58,860 nucleotides of DNA. It comes from a virus. Within the stretch, counting starts at the first letter, position 1; each line of letters starts with the position of its first letter. Shown in pieces: positions 1 to 7,129 of the stretch. The notes below the pieces were generated by a model. It did not search any database. It saw only the letters and a list, made by a program, of their open reading frames with translations, and was not told where the DNA came from. The stretch lies in IMG/VR virus record IMGVR_UViG_3300043137_000366; one strand, written 5' to 3'. The translations under genes and the position numbers were made by a program.

Positions 1-124
1 AATTAAGAGGTGGAACAAGTAGCGGCAGACCAACCGGCGACCGCTCCGAGTTCCGAGTTTTCAGGTGTTAGGATGGTTGGTGAGAGTATCGGCGCTCGCC
101 CCCGTCGCCGGTGGCTGCGCATTG
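1..124 (+). repeat. Terminal overlap copy 1 (identical to 58737-58860)
   Basis: Read directly: aattaagaggtggaacaagtagcgg...ctgcgcattg occurs at both ends of the window. Confidence 0.95.
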
Positions 125-435
125 GCGTTGTCTGGAAATAGCGTCGGGTAGTTTTTGCGAGCGTGAGCATCACACCCACCATCTGCGCGGCAGTGGTCAC
201 ACAGACCGAGTCTCCACCAGTCGTTTGAGCAGCGGTCAAAGTCTGGGTGCTTCCAGTCGGGTTTTCCTTGTGGGTTGAGCGGCGGCGCATTTTCGGCGGT
301 AAGTCTGTCGTGTTCGGCGCATCGCTCATCAAAAGACAGACAACAAGCCGTCTCATCCAACCCCGAGGGGCTAGGTTGTTGTGCATTTTTCGCTCCGGCG
401 TGTATGTCTAGGCGTTTGGCGTGCATGGGTGTCAT
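61..435 (-). CDS. Hypothetical Cys/His-rich protein (cassette gene B1, contains GLDETAC motif)
   Basis: 124-aa ORF. Its ATG overlaps the stop of the upstream gene (ATGA). Composition is plausible compared with the 3..386 frame. Shares the GLDETACxxSF motif with 46038..46364. Confidence 0.55.
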   Translation of the reverse strand: MTPMHAKRLDIHAGAKNAQQPSPSGLDETACCLSFDERCAEHDRLTAENAPPLNPQGKPDWKHPDFDRCSNDWWRLGLCDHCRADGGCDAHARKNYPTLFPDNANAQPPATGASADTLTNHPNT

Positions 436-860
436 TCGGGGTGGATGGACTCGACGTTCTCACCAAGACCAGAAGAGCAGTGCATTCCGTGAGGCTCGCC
501 TCCGCAATCGCACTCCGGGCGATCCTCCTGCCATTCCATGACCGGCCCGTAAATTTTAGGCCCATCCCCTGCGATTGCCTGCATCAGCTTTTCGGCCAAA
601 TCATTGTGGACCTCGACGGTCATCGTGGCGGGCTTCCCTTTCTTGCCTTTTTGAATTCCTCGGATGCCGAATTCGCAGTGGAAGGTATTCCGCTGAGAAC
701 TAGGTAATAGCTTTTCGAGACGGGCCTTTAGTCTTCGATTCTCCGTCCGCTCCTCGGCCAATTCGCGGGCTGCGTTGTAGAGGTTTATCCTCAATGTCTC
801 TATGTCCATCCGGTGGACTTTTGGCATGTCGTCAAGGTCTGGGTCGATTGGTCGATTCAT
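432..860 (-). CDS. Hypothetical protein (cassette gene A1), C-terminal Cys cluster ending ESIHPE
   Basis: 142-aa ORF with ATGA overlap to its neighbour. Its C-terminus (EW.E..C.CG.EP...ESIHPE) resembles that of 46369..46674. Confidence 0.6.
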   Translation of the reverse strand: MNRPIDPDLDDMPKVHRMDIETLRINLYNAARELAEERTENRRLKARLEKLLPSSQRNTFHCEFGIRGIQKGKKGKPATMTVEVHNDLAEKLMQAIAGDGPKIYGPVMEWQEDRPECDCGGEPHGMHCSSGLGENVESIHPE

Positions 861-1066
861 GGCTTTGCGTTTCTAAGTTTCTGGTAGTGCTCTTCACAGA
901 GAAGGGTTGATCGTCGGCCAATCACTCGATCGGCCTTTGCTGTGCAATTCGGGTAGGAACAGGGGCGGCCAAGCTGGCAATCCATCGCGGCCTTTTCGTC
1001 TTCATCCATGCGGCGAGCGCCACCAGGTCGCTTGCGGAATGCGGGGTGTTTGATGATCTTTCCCAT
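857..1066 (-). CDS. Hypothetical small Cys-rich protein
   Basis: ATG at 1066; the track start at 1096 is TTG. Contains CSYPNC...LCEEH, which looks like a zinc-binding pattern. Confidence 0.5.
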   Translation of the reverse strand: MGKIIKHPAFRKRPGGARRMDEDEKAAMDCQLGRPCSYPNCTAKADRVIGRRSTLLCEEHYQKLRNAKP

Positions 1067-1113
1067 GGTAGTGACTGGTGCTTCTAGTGAGAACAAGAGG
1101 CGGGAGTTGACCG

Positions 1114-1398
1114 CTATCGCGGCACCTCCGCACGGTCGTTCGGCTTACTGATTTCGTCCCAAAAGACGCGCACGGGCTTGATCGTTCCGTCGAAAATTGA
1201 GCCCTTCGTTGCCGCGAGGTATGCCAGGCGGTCACTGCCTTTCGCGTATCCAGAGAAAGCGCACTCGCCGCGCCACATGCCCTGCGTGAGCAGATACCAT
1301 TGCAGGCGGACTTGAGCCCAAAAGAGCCGAACAAAGCGACAGAGCCAACGCCGGGGGCCATCAGTGAGCGTTCGAAGCATTTTAGCGGCGTGGCTCAT
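1114..1398 (-). CDS. Hypothetical protein
   Basis: ATG at 1398, 1 nt after the upstream stop. The longer track ORF starts at 1425. Confidence 0.45.
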   Translation of the reverse strand: MSHAAKMLRTLTDGPRRWLCRFVRLFWAQVRLQWYLLTQGMWRGECAFSGYAKGSDRLAYLAATKGSIFDGTIKPVRVFWDEISKPNDRAEVPR

Positions 1399-1399
1399 C

Positions 1400-1648
1400 T
1401 TAGACGTTCGGCGAGTGGTGGTCACAGCGGTCGTAGGACGTGCTAGCGATGTTGCAGCGGGTGCAGATGCCCACGTTGAAGGTTAGATGCAGGCGGTCCC
1501 GCTCGTCATCGCGCTGCTGCCAGTGCTGACAAGTAAGGCACCCTTTGAATGCGTGTTTCTCGTCACGCCGGAGCAGCCAACGCCGAACAAGGCGTCGCAC
1601 CCAACCGACGAATCGGTTGCCGTTTTCTGGAGGCGGTAGTCGGTTCAT
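1400..1648 (-). CDS. Hypothetical CxxC-containing (zinc-ribbon-like) protein
   Basis: Internal ATG at 1648 overlaps the stop of 1645..2271 (ATGA). Contains CLTCQHW...CTRCN. Confidence 0.5.
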   Translation of the reverse strand: MNRLPPPENGNRFVGWVRRLVRRWLLRRDEKHAFKGCLTCQHWQQRDDERDRLHLTFNVGICTRCNIASTSYDRCDHHSPNV

Positions 1649-2271
1649 TTCGTCGGTGTGTGGACTTGATCGTTCCAAATCGGATGCGGCACAATCAGCC
1701 CCGAAGGCGTGCGCCCCAAACTCGAAGCCCAAGCGCGAACGTCTTTCACGCCCTCGGGCTCCAGGTAATCGGCAACGGTGTCTTCATCCATCGGCAGCAG
1801 GCGACCGTCATCGCCACGAAGCCACCAGTCAGGGAAAGGGAGGATCGAAGGGGCCTCCATCTCTTCTTCCTCTTCGACAACCTGCGGACAGATCCACTCC
1901 TCGCGAGGGTGATACTCACCGGCGACGAGCTTGAGCTTGTTCCGCTCGATCATGCGACGCATGCGCGAAGGCCTCCAATCACTCAATTTCAAGAGCAGGG
2001 CCATTGGTGCTGGATCATACACGCGTTTGCCATCCTCCTCGCCAGTCGGCCAGAAGTCGGGAGCATCGGCGTACGGCTCGCGAGGCTTGATCTGACCAGG
2101 GCGGGCGACCAGCACCGTGCCGTTGGCGATCTCGATGATCAGCCTTCGGTAACTTGGCTCGCCGGATTTCGTGCCGGCCTTGGCAAAGCACCCGAGCTTT
2201 TCCGCCAGCGACTGAAGGGCGGCGTGCTGCTTGTCGGTCAGCGCAACGCTGTAGTGGGCGGCCTTGGTCAT
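1645..2271 (-). CDS. Hypothetical protein; N-terminal module paralogous to 3642..4010
   Basis: ATG at 2271 overlaps the stop of 2268..2552. Its N-terminus (YSVALTDKQHAALQSLAEKLG...AKAGTKSGEPS) resembles that of 3642..4010. Confidence 0.55.
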   Translation of the reverse strand: MTKAAHYSVALTDKQHAALQSLAEKLGCFAKAGTKSGEPSYRRLIIEIANGTVLVARPGQIKPREPYADAPDFWPTGEEDGKRVYDPAPMALLLKLSDWRPSRMRRMIERNKLKLVAGEYHPREEWICPQVVEEEEEMEAPSILPFPDWWLRGDDGRLLPMDEDTVADYLEPEGVKDVRAWASSLGRTPSGLIVPHPIWNDQVHTPTK

Positions 2272-2552
2272 GCTGGCACCTTTCCAAGTAGCTCGTTGAT
2301 GAGCTCGCGCCCTTTTTCCGTGGCTCCCCATCGGCGCAAGCGGTTCTCCTTCCCCATGGTGAAAACGAGGCCCTGCTGGACGAGGTTGACCATCGCTCGC
2401 GTGGGAAGCTCGCGCCCGACAATCCGCTCGACCTGCTTGCGGGTCACTCCATCGAATTGGAGTGCGTTGAGGAGGATCATACCGTCGTCGAGCGTCAGCG
2501 AGTGACGAGCGAGCAGAGTCAGGCCTTGGGTGAGGCATTCCATGCGGGTCAT
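2268..2552 (-). CDS. Winged-helix (MarR-like) DNA-binding protein, putative
   Basis: 94 aa. The pattern LTLDDGMILLNAL...GVTRKQVERIVG...VNLVQQGLV is typical of a wHTH. Confidence 0.5.
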   Translation of the reverse strand: MTRMECLTQGLTLLARHSLTLDDGMILLNALQFDGVTRKQVERIVGRELPTRAMVNLVQQGLVFTMGKENRLRRWGATEKGRELINELLGKVPA

Positions 2553-2974
2553 GACTTGCTCCCTTCTCGCGGCTGGTTCAGGTAGGCTAGGGCTGGAGCA
2601 ACAATGTCAGTAACATCCGTGTCGCCGTAGACGCCAACTCGGTAGCGTCCGCCTCGTTCATATGTGAGCTCCAGCAACGCCTCCGCGAGCCTGTCCCGCT
2701 GCTGTGCGGCTTCGTGCCATGCCTCGACCTGTGCGCCGAACGCTTCCCTTGCCTCGGCGAGCTGCTGGAGGTTGACGCTCCTAAGCGTGATTTGATCGTT
2801 TTCCCTCCTCTCGACGGATGCGAGCTTGGATCTCGCCTCGTCACGCTCATCCGCCATCTTGTTATGACGGCAAATGAGGTCTTCCAAGGACTCTCGGGCG
2901 CAAACGAAGACGGGGTCGCATTCTGCCAATGCCAACTTGCCGTCTCGGGTGCGGTGAATTATGGGATCGCTCAT
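2549..2974 (-). CDS. Hypothetical coiled-coil protein
   Basis: ATG at 2974 overlaps the stop of 2971..3645 (ATGA). The sequence is rich in E, R, A and L. Confidence 0.55.
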   Translation of the reverse strand: MSDPIIHRTRDGKLALAECDPVFVCARESLEDLICRHNKMADERDEARSKLASVERRENDQITLRSVNLQQLAEAREAFGAQVEAWHEAAQQRDRLAEALLELTYERGGRYRVGVYGDTDVTDIVAPALAYLNQPREGSKS

Positions 2975-3645
2975 GGCTGGACCCTCCTGAACTCCACGAC
3001 CCAGACGAAGGGATTGGTGTCCCAGCTTCCGGGGCCGTTGATGGAATTCCAAAGTTGGCGGTAGCTGATCGTTGCTGCCAGGCAAGCCACTTGGTTGGGA
3101 AATTTAGGATCGCGTTGATAAACCTGAAACAGTCCTCCTCCTATTGGTTCCACCCCCTCCGCCTTCGCATCCTCCTCGCTGATCTCCTGCAACCGCTCGA
3201 CGCGGACAGAGACGATTTCGAGGGTGATGCGGGAGGCCCAGCGGGGCATGTGGATGGACGGATGAAACTTTTCGTCCGTTGCCCAACAACGACTCCCGGC
3301 TGGCGCGGTCTTCCAATAGCACTCGCCTTGCTTGCCTCCATGGTCATCGGCCTTGTAAACGACTCCAAACTCAGTGTCTGAATCAAGCGGCTGCCCGTTC
3401 TCGACCCACTTCGAGCCAGCGTCGAAGATGCCCCAAGTTTCGCGCACGTAGAGTCGGTCGCCGGGTTGGCCGTAGGGGCATGCAAGAACAGCATTCGGAT
3501 CGTCCAAATGCCAGTTGCGGGCGCTGCCAGCAGCTTTTACTCGCCCCGAGTCCGTGAGCTTCACCACCCGCCGAGTCTGCGTCTTCGACCCATCGAGGAT
3601 CGCCCGGACCATCGCGCCCGAGAAAAGGATTGGCCGTGATTTCAT
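2971..3645 (-). CDS. ASCH-domain-like protein, putative
   Basis: N-terminus ILFSGAMVRAILDGSKTQTRR matches the pattern I associate with phage ASCH-domain proteins. Confidence 0.5.
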   Translation of the reverse strand: MKSRPILFSGAMVRAILDGSKTQTRRVVKLTDSGRVKAAGSARNWHLDDPNAVLACPYGQPGDRLYVRETWGIFDAGSKWVENGQPLDSDTEFGVVYKADDHGGKQGECYWKTAPAGSRCWATDEKFHPSIHMPRWASRITLEIVSVRVERLQEISEEDAKAEGVEPIGGGLFQVYQRDPKFPNQVACLAATISYRQLWNSINGPGSWDTNPFVWVVEFRRVQP

Positions 3646-4010
3646 GGCGCCACCTCCCTCTCAAACCACGCCCGCAAAGCCTCAGCCACCGACCCCTTAC
3701 CGGTCTTCGCCTCAACTTCATCCTCGACCCGCTGAGCGTCGGCCGCGCCCTGGGCTTTCGCCTCAGAAGCAAAGCCACGCAATACCGCGGTCGGTGTGGT
3801 GAATCCCCACGCACGTGAGCCCATCGGGCGCGCTTTGTAGTGGGTGACGATTTGGATCTCGCCGGCAGCGATCGCGCTCACCAATGCGTTGGGCGATGGC
3901 TCGCCAAAGGTTGGTCCGGCCTTCGCGGTCGCGCCGTGGATTCCGGCGAGCTGTTGGAGTCGTTGGAAGAGTGCGGGCTTCATCGTGAAGCAGTATTTTT
4001 TTGGTTTCAT
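3642..4010 (-). CDS. Hypothetical protein; N-terminal module paralogous to 1645..2271
   Basis: 122 aa containing LQQLAGIHGATAKAGPTFGEPS. A motif copy lies 7 nt upstream of its ATG. Confidence 0.55.
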   Translation of the reverse strand: MKPKKYCFTMKPALFQRLQQLAGIHGATAKAGPTFGEPSPNALVSAIAAGEIQIVTHYKARPMGSRAWGFTTPTAVLRGFASEAKAQGAADAQRVEDEVEAKTGKGSVAEALRAWFEREVAP

Positions 4011-4017
4011 GGAATGG

Positions 4018-4032
4018 TTCGCGTTACATCGA
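4018..4032 (-). promoter_or_regulatory. Dispersed motif copy TCGATGTAACGCGAA
   Basis: The TAA of the motif is the stop of 4024..4227. Lies 7 nt upstream of ATG 4010. Confidence 0.7.
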
Positions 4033-4227
4033 CATCACGATCAGTTTTCGGACCCGTGGGCGCGCCTTCAACACGCGCTCAGCAGCCTCGCGCATCCGCA
4101 CGGGCAATCCCGGAACCTGGCACTTCATGACCTCGCGGCAGCCCTTGGGTAGCGGCAGGCGGTTGTGGTGCTCGTCCGTCCAGTCTGACGCGGCCACCGC
4201 GCCTCCGAGGTGTTGGATGCGGTTCAT
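4024..4227 (-). CDS. Hypothetical protein
   Basis: 67-aa ORF with ATGA overlap upstream. Its TAA stop lies inside the dispersed motif copy at 4018-4032. Confidence 0.45.
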   Translation of the reverse strand: MNRIQHLGGAVAASDWTDEHHNRLPLPKGCREVMKCQVPGLPVRMREAAERVLKARPRVRKLIVMSM

Positions 4228-4679
4228 GATTGGAAGGGGGTGAGGGCCTGAAGGAGATCCAGTGATTGGTTCCGGGTCATGCCTTGACAGGCGTTTTTAG
4301 CAGCTACCACAAGCGCCCTGATTTCCTCCATCGTCGGCTCGTTGGGGAGGGTTTCGCGGACGCGGACCTTGGTCATCATCGCAAGGATTTCTCCATTCGG
4401 CTCGCAGCAATCGTAAACCTCGCCGTCGGTGCGCAAGTGAACATCCCACTCCCTCGCCTTGCGCGGCTCCGGCTTGTCGGCGGGCAAAGCCACCTCCTCC
4501 AAATACCCCATTTCCATCATCCAAGAGATCGCATCAATCGGAACCTTGGACGCCTGCCACCCCCTCACCGGGCTATTCCAGAACTCCACCGTCAGAGTCT
4601 TCCGGTCGGCCCTCCAGTAGTCGCCTCGGCGGTTGGTCCAGTGGTCTCGCGTTACGTCGATTTCAGGTGCAGCATTCAT
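4224..4679 (-). CDS. Hypothetical protein
   Basis: ATG at 4679 (MNAAPEIDV...). Two dispersed-motif copies flank this start. Confidence 0.55.
   Translation of the reverse strand: MNAAPEIDVTRDHWTNRRGDYWRADRKTLTVEFWNSPVRGWQASKVPIDAISWMMEMGYLEEVALPADKPEPRKAREWDVHLRTDGEVYDCCEPNGEILAMMTKVRVRETLPNEPTMEEIRALVVAAKNACQGMTRNQSLDLLQALTPFQS
4647..4660 (-). promoter_or_regulatory. Dispersed motif copy TCGACGTAACGCGA
   Basis: Lies 17 nt downstream of ATG 4679, inside the coding sequence. Confidence 0.65.
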
Positions 4680-4687
4680 TTCGGTTC

Positions 4688-4701
4688 TCGTGTTACGTCG
4701 A
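4688..4701 (-). promoter_or_regulatory. Dispersed motif copy TCGACGTAACACGA
   Basis: Followed by GAACCGAA and then ATG 4679. Confidence 0.7.
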
Positions 4702-4734
4702 CGCTCTGGCGCTGACAATTAAAAAAGCATGGGT

Positions 4735-4983
4735 TTATTGTTTTCGAGGACGTCCGCCCTTTTTCCCGTTCGCTCGGGCAGCCTCGGCCTTGCGCTCGGA
4801 GCGGATTGAGCCCATTGCGGCGGCCGGGGATTGTGGTGGCGCTCCCCTGACCTTGGCGACAGCAGCCGCATCCCCTTGAGCGTCCCGTTTCGTCCGGGCA
4901 AATCCGCCGGCCACGATCTCGGTGCCGTCGTTGATGGTCCACTCCCAGAGGTTGGGACTGGTTTTGGTGATGGTGGTTTTCAT
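4735..4983 (-). CDS. Hypothetical protein with basic C-terminal tail (GKKGGRPRKQ)
   Basis: ATG at 4983 (MKTTITKT...). Confidence 0.5.
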   Translation of the reverse strand: MKTTITKTSPNLWEWTINDGTEIVAGGFARTKRDAQGDAAAVAKVRGAPPQSPAAAMGSIRSERKAEAARANGKKGGRPRKQ

Positions 4984-5002
4984 TGATGTAGTTGTCAGAT
5001 CC

Positions 5003-5215
5003 TCAAGCCAGCCCATGCCGCTTCATGAGCACATGTGTAGCAGCTCTCGTCGGCCCGGTGACGTAATCGAGCAGGCTTTCCGCCTCGTCGTCTGTCACTT
5101 CCTCCTCAGCCTCCGCCGGCGTGATGCCGTAGTGGCTGGCGATGTTCTCGAGCACCGCGGCCTTGGTCTTGGCGTCGGTCGCTGCGAAGAATTTCTTGGT
5201 GATGGTGGCGTGCAT
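5003..5215 (-). CDS. Hypothetical small acidic protein (HYGITPAEAEEE motif)
   Basis: 70-aa ORF. Shares a G-I-T-x-A-E-A motif with 5449..5634. Confidence 0.55.
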   Translation of the reverse strand: MHATITKKFFAATDAKTKAAVLENIASHYGITPAEAEEEVTDDEAESLLDYVTGPTRAATHVLMKRHGLA

Positions 5216-5235
5216 TTTGGTGGGGGGTGGTGGGT

Positions 5236-5424
5236 TCAGGCGATAAACCCGTCGAGAGTTCCCTTGCCCTCGTCGTCGAGGATTTCGCGAGCCTCACCCA
5301 GGTTGCCCGGGCAGAGGTATTCGCGACCGAGCGGGCCATCGACTGGATCGACGGTGTAGGGATGGGCGTGGTGATCGCCCTTGGAGCAACCGCCGGTGCA
5401 GAATCGAATGGGGAGGATTTTCAT
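5236..5424 (-). CDS. Hypothetical protein
   Basis: 62-aa ORF with an ATG start, tightly packed in the operon. Confidence 0.45.
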   Translation of the reverse strand: MKILPIRFCTGGCSKGDHHAHPYTVDPVDGPLGREYLCPGNLGEAREILDDEGKGTLDGFIA

Positions 5425-5448
5425 GGTCGTTTTGGATTGGTTGAAGGT

Positions 5449-5634
5449 TTAGGCAAGGGTCGGAGCCATCTCCCGAAGCTTGTCCGGGTCAGCCTGAGAA
5501 AGCACCAGCAGGCTGATCACTTCGCGGGCGGATTCAAAATTCCGGTATCGTTCGGCGGCCTCGGCGATGGTGATTCCAAGCAACGAGGCGTAGGTTTCGA
5601 TCGCGTTTTTGACGGCGGATTGGAAGGCTTTCAT
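5449..5634 (-). CDS. Hypothetical small protein (LLGITIAEAAE motif); first gene of the leftward operon
   Basis: ATG at 5634 is preferred by analogy with paralog 5003..5215. The longer alternative starts at 5715. Confidence 0.45.
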   Translation of the reverse strand: MKAFQSAVKNAIETYASLLGITIAEAAERYRNFESAREVISLLVLSQADPDKLREMAPTLA

Positions 5635-5915
5635 GGTTGGTTTTCTGGCTGGCGTCGCTCTCAGCAACGTCCACACAATAAACCCAGCGTTGGGTTCTTC
5701 AACACTTTTTTGCATGGGTATCGTATTTTCCTCGCCAGTCCTTATTCCATATGGTTTCTAGCGGTTTTCTGTTAGGTCTGTTAGAGTTTCCCTCTTGGAA
5801 TAAACATGAGCACTCCAACTGTTCAAAGTATCACTATTGATTTTCAACGAGTTAAGCCCTGGATCACGTAGCATTTGAACACTACTTTTGACGTTTTAGC
5901 TCCGATGGCAAAAAT

Positions 5916-5933
5916 AATGAGCCCGTTATTTTC
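5916..5933 (+). repeat. 18-nt direct repeat AATGAGCCCGTTATTTTC, copy 1
   Basis: Exact repeat of 6022-6039, within an AT-rich non-coding region. Confidence 0.9.
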
Positions 5934-5982
5934 GGGAAATCGTCACAACCTATTGAACGTCAATTACTTCCAGCTTTTAAAA

Positions 5983-6000
5983 AATGAGCCCATTAAACGG
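5983..6000 (+). repeat. Variant repeat AATGAGCCCATTAAACGG (AGCCC-N7-GGGCT hairpin potential)
   Basis: Shares AATGAGCCC with the 18-nt repeats. Confidence 0.7.
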
Positions 6001-6012
6001 GCTTATTAAACA

Positions 6013-6029
6013 GGCTCATTTAATGAGCC
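6013..6029. repeat. Palindrome GGCTCATT-T-AATGAGCC
   Basis: 8-bp arms, read directly. Overlaps repeat copy 2. Confidence 0.9.
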
Positions 6030-6039
6030 CGTTATTTTC
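6022..6039 (+). repeat. 18-nt direct repeat AATGAGCCCGTTATTTTC, copy 2
   Basis: Exact repeat of 5916-5933. Confidence 0.9.
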
Positions 6040-6483
6040 CAGCAACCCTATACCCCGTATAGGTTGTAGCACATTTTGGAAAATTTCGGACGTTCCAAAC
6101 TTTCCTCTACGCGCGCACATGCGCACACACCTCTTCCCCTTTAGGGGAGAGGTATGCTGTGCGCGTGGAGGAAGCGTGGAGAAGGTTGGAGATGGGGGGG
6201 CACCCAGCAACACCCCTCGAAGCCCACGCTCGCCGACCACCAATCGCCAGGGTGAAATCTCATCGCCGAATCAGGTTGGGCGTGCTGGCTTGCAGGAGCC
6301 ACGCTAGGACGTTTTTGAGGGGTTGGGTGGGTGTTGGTGAGGGCCTGACCGGGAAAGGTCGCTGGAGGGGCCTTCTCGTTGAAAGTTAAACGAGCGTTTG
6401 AAGGTTGACAGTGGGTGGCGGTGGGGCTATCCCTGAAAACGTCCATCGGCTCGCCTGCGCGGGCGACAAAACCGACCCCAGCC

Positions 6484-6909
6484 ATGCAAGCCGTTGCCGA
6501 GATCGAGGCCGCCAACATCGAGATCCCTCGCCGCGACCGGGAGGCCACGAAAGTCACCGGCGACCGGTTGCGCTCGATCTCCGCTGACGTGGCCGCATCC
6601 ATCGCCGAGAGGTTCGGTGGCGGGAAGCTGGCCGACGTGCTCGCCGAGCTGCTCCAGGCCACGCACCTGACCAAGGGCGGGCAGATGATCGCCGACAACC
6701 GGACCCGGCTCGCGACCGTCGCGTTCATCCATGACCGGATTGTCGGCCTGCCGGTCCAGAAGATCGAGACCCTGAACGTCAACCTAGACGCCGACTCCGC
6801 GGTCGGGATGGAGGAGCGGTTGCGAAACTCCCCTGCCCTGCGACAGGCGCTCAAGGGGATTCTGGAAAAGGTCGAAAATGCGGAGGCGGTTGAAATCGAC
6901 CCGGCATAA
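6484..6909 (+). CDS. Putative terminase small subunit
   Basis: First rightward gene. The segment NRTRLATVAFIHDRIVGLPVQKIE resembles the R..A....DR..G.P.Q pattern of small terminases. An alternative GTG start lies at 6415. Confidence 0.4.
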   Translation: MQAVAEIEAANIEIPRRDREATKVTGDRLRSISADVAASIAERFGGGKLADVLAELLQATHLTKGGQMIADNRTRLATVAFIHDRIVGLPVQKIETLNVNLDADSAVGMEERLRNSPALRQALKGILEKVENAEAVEIDPA

Positions 6910-6943
6910 CTCGTCAAATTGATATGTTTTCGAGTTATGGAAA

Positions 6944-6954
6944 ACGTGGAACAC
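6944..6954 (+). repeat. ACGTGGAACAC direct repeat, copy 1
   Basis: Exact 11-mer repeated 30 bp downstream, in the AT-rich gap after the putative small terminase. Confidence 0.85.
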
Positions 6955-6973
6955 TGAAGGAATAAGGGAATTT

Positions 6974-6984
6974 ACGTGGAACAC
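6974..6984 (+). repeat. ACGTGGAACAC direct repeat, copy 2
   Basis: Exact 11-mer. Confidence 0.85.
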
Positions 6985-7070
6985 GACCCCGGATTATGTC
7001 TGTTGTAACAAGTTATTGAGCGCGAAATAATCGTAAGTCGCTGTTTTTGTTGGTTTTGCGCAATTTTGGG

Positions 7071-7084
7071 TCGCGTTACGAAAA
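7071..7084 (-). promoter_or_regulatory. Partial dispersed-motif copy (TTTTCGTAACGCGA)
   Basis: The GTAACGCGA core is present and the TTGAC part is absent. Orientation is opposite to the downstream + gene. Confidence 0.4.
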
Positions 7085-7091
7085 CACCCCA

Positions 7092-7120
7092 TTGACGCCC
7101 GCCGCCCCCAGCGGTAAAAA
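7092..7120 (+). promoter_or_regulatory. Candidate sigma70-like promoter (TTGACG-N17-TAAAAA)
   Basis: The hexamers have 17-nt spacing and end 9 nt before the ATG at 7130. This would give a nearly leaderless mRNA. Confidence 0.3.
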
Positions 7121-7129
7121 CGCGGCACC

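Noticed and set aside
1-124. Terminal repeats as attL/attR or long terminal repeats of a transposon
   Set aside because: They sit exactly at the window edges and an operon reads through the junction. This fits an assembly overlap of a circular or permuted genome.
1549-2505. 318-aa plus-strand ORF in the leftward early operon
   Set aside because: It lies opposite three minus-strand genes that are tightly coupled by ATGA overlaps, and its composition is junk-like.
5984-6307. 107-aa ORF in the large non-coding region (also 6141..6917 on the minus strand)
   Set aside because: Proline/serine/arginine-rich with no coding-like periodicity. The ORF spans the iteron and palindrome cluster. The minus ORF is antisense to the more plausible 6484..6909 gene.
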